Assembly: GCA_963705255.1 (NCBI GenBank)
Contig: OY970061.1
Location: 224,001-288,000, forward strand
Direction of reading: 5' to 3'
From: an uncultured Methanoregulaceae archaeon
Lineage (GTDB): Archaea > Halobacteriota > Methanomicrobia > Methanomicrobiales > Methanospirillaceae
Length of the DNA stretch: 64,000 nucleotides
Shown: piece by piece, positions 60,019 through 64,000 of the stretch
Layout: the number at the start of each line of letters is the position of its first letter
Position numbering within the stretch: position 1 is the stretch's first letter
Translations under genes and position numbers: made by a program
The notes under the pieces: generated by a model
The model's input: only the letters and a program-made list of their open reading frames with translations
Database searches by the model: none
What the model was told of the DNA's origin: nothing

Positions 60019-61861
60019 CTATAAAATTGGTTTCAGTGGCCAGGGATCTTGATCTTGTTTCCGGCAGGATGCCGAATGGCTTGAGCGGGCATACGCTTTC
60101 AGGATATCGGTCCTCGTGAGAAAGCCGACCAGCTGGTCCGGCGACTCTTTTGCCACGACAGGGAGATGATTGATGCCATGCCCTACCATGATCGCGATTG
60201 CATCCTCAAGAGTGTCTTCCGGATTGACAACGAACGGGGCCGGAGTCATGACCTGCCGTAAGGCCGGCCCCCCTCCTTCCGCGGTGCGGATAGTGCGTGC
60301 ATCCCGGTTCGTGATGATCCCTGCAAGACGATTGTCCGCGAGTACCTGGAAAACCGGAATGTCCTGTTGTCGCGGTGAGGTCGAGGACCTTTGCGGGCTC
60401 ATCTGACAGGGAGAGGGTGATGACTGCCTCCTGCGGGATCATTGCATCCCGGACCAGGATCCGTTCGAGTGTTTCCCGGTCATATTCCCCGCGATGGGCG
60501 CCGGACTGCGCTTTTGTCGGCACCTGTTGCCGGAAAATGGTCTTCTCCCCTTTTAACAGGGTTGAGACGGCAACCGCGGCCATAGCTGGTATCAGGATCG
60601 TGATGCTCCCGACCATCTCGACGACCATGATCAACACCGCGATGGGGGCATTTGCTACTGCCCCGAAGAGGGAGATCATACCGACAACAACAAACACCGG
60701 CACCGATTCCATCGGGACGTACGCCGGGGCAAGCAGGTGCAGGATTATGCCGAGCGCCCCGCCGATTGCTGCACCGATCGTAAGTCCCGGTGCAAAAACG
60801 CCCCCGCTCCCCCCCGAGCTGAGGGTAAAGGAGGTCGTCAGGATCTTGACAAACGGCAGCAGCAGGAGCACGGAGAGCGGGACCATGGAATAGATCATGA
60901 GCTGGGTAAAACCGTAGCCGGTCCCCATGCCGGCAAGACCGAGCATTTCTGCCTCCGGGGATATGAATGAAAGTGCAATGACGAGTATACCCAGAAGGAG
61001 AAAACCTGAGACCGGTTTTACGTACATCGGGAGATTGTAACGTTTGAATACGGCAGTCCACTGGTCGCGGGTCCAGTAAAAGACAAAGATATAGAGAAGA
61101 CCGAACACCGCACACAGGACCCCGAGCAGGAGGAACAGGGGGATCTGCCAGACATTCCAAGAGAGCGGACCGAGCGCAAAGATAGGGTCATACCCTTCGA
61201 AGAACCCGAAGATTGCGTACCCGATAACCGAGGCGAGGAATGCCGGGATGATTGCCTCGGATTCGAAATCCCGGGTATAGAGGACTTCTGCCGCGAGGAC
61301 TGCTCCTCCCAGGGGCGCCTTGAATATTGTCCCAATCCCTGCACCGATCCCGGTCGTGAGCGCAATTCTCCTCTCGCGGGGGCTGAGGCCGAGGATATCC
61401 GCGACAAGGGATCCAAAACCCGCAGAGATCTGGGCAGCCGGCCCTTCCCTTCCCGCACTCCCCCCGGTCGAGATGGTGAGGATTGCCGTGACCGCTTTCA
61501 GGACCGGAATCCGTTTGCGTATCCTGCCATCGCTGTGGAATGCCTTGATCGCTGAATCAGTGCCATGGCCTTCTGCCTCCGGTGCGTACTTTGTCACGAG
61601 TATGCCAGTCAGCAAACTCCCGAAACAGAGGATGGGAAGCAGGAGCAGGAGGGAATGGGGTTCGGACCACTGGCTGATCGCAGCCACTGTCTGCCCCTCC
61701 CGGGGATAGGCATACTGCAGGAGATTCCCCATGAAAAATGCCGTTCCCCATTTGAGCCCTTCATAAAAAAGAAGAGACCCGACACCGGCAATGACACCTA
61801 CAACTATTGCGATAACGAGGACTCGTTTTGTCGGCGTGATACCAGAGGGGAAAGAGAACAT
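60019..61861 (-). CDS. ClC chloride channel/H+ antiporter with CBS pair, frameshift near 60345
   Basis: GHGTD, GREGP, GGVFAP; CBS motifs continue in ORF 60019-60402. Confidence 0.9.
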
Positions 61862-62050
61862 CAGATATTCCGCGGATTTTTTTGCCAGATTCTATGTTAT
61901 TGATCTCATCGGCCATCAGGTTATCTGGACGGGACAGTTTTCCCTGGCCAGGGCATGCAACGAAGGGAGATCGAACCTTTTCATTCAGAGCGGGAGCTTT
62001 CAGAATGGAGAAACTCTGTTGCCCCGGGTTTTGCTGATTAATGGCAGGCT

Positions 62051-62344
62051 TTAGCCGGCTACCGGTTTTTTCTTCACTGACTGCCACATCCCGATGATGA
62101 ATGAGATGAGTGCAAGCAGAATGAACCCGAATTGTGAGGCATCGATGAATGAACTTTGAAGAAGGGTGGAGAAGAAAATATTTACTGCGTCGAGAATCGT
62201 GTACAGGAAAAGGAAGATCAGGCCTGCGAGGAATTCATTCCTCTTCCACAGTATTGCCAGCACAACGGCAATACACGCAACAACTATTTTGATAATTTCA
62301 TAGAGAAATATACCCGCATCAAAGATGACGGGTGGCATTATCAT
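62051..62344 (-). CDS. Small 3-TM membrane protein
   Basis: 97-aa hydrophobic ORF with GAGGT RBS. Confidence 0.7.
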   Translation of the reverse strand: MIMPPVIFDAGIFLYEIIKIVVACIAVVLAILWKRNEFLAGLIFLFLYTILDAVNIFFSTLLQSSFIDASQFGFILLALISFIIGMWQSVKKKPVAG

Positions 62345-62433
62345 TACCTCAGCAGGGTATTGAGCATGGGATTGTATTTAATTATTGAGAGAAACCTCCG
62401 GCCGGTTATTTCAGATCCCCTTCATAAACCAGG

Positions 62434-64000
62434 TTATGAATAGGGGTGGATCTTCCTGAATAAGCGGACCTTGATCTGGTCACTGATCAGGAAGGCCGCC
62501 AGTGCATACCCCCAGACAATAAGTGCAAGTGACCATCCGATTGGCGTCATGATGAAGACCCCATAGATCGCGATGAGGGTCGCTCCTACCTGCGTAAGTT
62601 CAGCCGTGCCAAAAAGAGCAAGCGAAGGAAACGGGCGCTCCCAGAAATGCTGCTGGCCGGTGCGGGCGAGATAAATGGTCATGTGACCGGCGACTGCAAG
62701 CTTGAGGAAGATGAGCGTCTGGATGACCCCGGCATCAAGGTGGAAATATTCCCTTGCCACCCAGAGGAGGATAAAGCTTGAGACAACCCCAAAAATCCCG
62801 AGGATAGTTGCGAGAGTCAGGATGCGGTTCATCTGCCAGCGTACGGGCTTTGGTGCGACCGGTGCGTTGTCGAACGCGATCATCATGATCGGGAGGTCGT
62901 TCAGGATCGCCAGCACGACCAGCATGAGCGCAGTAATCGGGTAGAAATCCAGAAGGACTATACAGAGGGTCAGGAAGATCAGGACCCTGACCGTCTCGGC
63001 GATCCGGTAAACTGCATAATTTTCCATCCGCCGGAATATTTCCCGGCTCCGCTCAATTGCATCGATGATGACCGAGAGCCCGGGTTTTGTTAAGACAATA
63101 TCCGCAGCAGCCTTTGCCGCATCGGTAGCACCGGCGACCGCTATACCGGCATCAGCCTCACGGAGTGCCGGCGCATCGTTCACGCCATCCCCGGTCATGC
63201 CGACAATGTGGTCGCCTTCCTGCAGGATTTTCACGATCTGGAACTTGTTCTCCGGAAATACCTGTGCAAACCCGTCGGCAGCCTCCAGCTGGTGACGGGT
63301 CTCTTCCCCGTCACCGGCAATGAATGCGGACTGGGGAAGGATGTTTGTGCCAAGCCCGACCTGCACGGAGATCTCGTGTGCAATGGCGATGTGATCCCCT
63401 GTCACCATCTTCACGTTCACGCCGAGTTTTTTTGCTTCAACTATCGTGGCTGCAGAATCCTCGCGGGGTGGATCGAAAAGCCCGATCAGGCCAAGGTAGT
63501 GCCATTTCCCGGAGTCATCGGTCTTCGCCACCCCGAGGGCCCGGAACCCTTTCTCTGCAAAACCGGTTACCCACCCGTCCAGTGTTGAGGCAAGAGCCCC
63601 GTCATTCCCGGCAAGGGACGCAATTGCCTGCGGAGCTCCCTTTGCCACGTCGAACGATCTTCCCGAACGTTCCCGGATCGAAGCCTTGGACAATTTCGCG
63701 ACCGGATCGAAGGGGACAAAATCCAGTATTTCAAAACCGGCAGTATCGGGCCGGGTCGTGAGAGTGTCATGCCGTGAAAAAATCGCCATGTCGATGGGAT
63801 CATTGCTCTCTTTTCTGGAGGCCAGTGCCGCTGCACTAACGACGTCCTGTTCCGAAACCCCGGGAAAGGTCCTGACATCTCCGACGCTGATGGAATTCTG
63901 GGTAATGGTCCCGGTTTTGTCGGAACAGAGAATATCCATGCCGGCCATCTCTTCGATGGCGGTGAGCCGGCTGACAATCGCCTCCTTTTTTGCAAGGGCC
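62434..64000 (-). CDS. Plasma-membrane H+-efflux P-type ATPase (type IIIA), 5' end outside window
   Basis: LCSDKTGT, KGAPQ, DPPREDS, TGDGVNDAPAL, YRIAET, AILND. Confidence 0.92.
   Translation of the reverse strand, partial: ALAKKEAIVSRLTAIEEMAGMDILCSDKTGTITQNSISVGDVRTFPGVSEQDVVSAAALASRKESNDPIDMAIFSRHDTLTTRPDTAGFEILDFVPFDPVAKLSKASIRERSGRSFDVAKGAPQAIASLAGNDGALASTLDGWVTGFAEKGFRALGVAKTDDSGKWHYLGLIGLFDPPREDSAATIVEAKKLGVNVKMVTGDHIAIAHEISVQVGLGTNILPQSAFIAGDGEETRHQLEAADGFAQVFPENKFQIVKILQEGDHIVGMTGDGVNDAPALREADAGIAVAGATDAAKAAADIVLTKPGLSVIIDAIERSREIFRRMENYAVYRIAETVRVLIFLTLCIVLLDFYPITALMLVVLAILNDLPIMMIAFDNAPVAPKPVRWQMNRILTLATILGIFGVVSSFILLWVAREYFHLDAGVIQTLIFLKLAVAGHMTIYLARTGQQHFWERPFPSLALFGTAELTQVGATLIAIYGVFIMTPIGWSLALIVWGYALAAFLISDQIKVRLFRKIHPYS

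Overview
GC-rich archaeal DNA from a hydrogenotrophic methanogen, most likely Methanomicrobiales (Methanoregula/Methanolinea-like). This is inferred from TBP, TFS, Pth2, archaeosortase A, MfnD/MfnF, FdhAB/FdhC and the style of its histidine kinases. About 55 genes are present: housekeeping (36.9-49 kb), an amino-acid decarboxylase/antiporter/HdeD cluster, a STAS/RsbW-like partner-switching cluster, a TerY-P (vWA-PP2C-kinase) triad, a degenerate FdhA plus FdhB, and ion pumps and channels. No rRNA, tRNA or CRISPR array was found. At least 6 genes are split by small indels, several in G runs, which probably reflects long-read errors. The most unusual signal is non-coding: four copies of a ~250-bp IS903-like MITE with degenerate 8-bp flanking repeats. 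Two copies carry seven nested 45-62-nt double-hairpin cassettes with a conserved TCGAAGA...TCTTCTC frame, co-varying inner stems and ssDNA-type loop signatures, suggesting an undescribed REP-like element. Protein calls are from motif recognition only; no database search was run.
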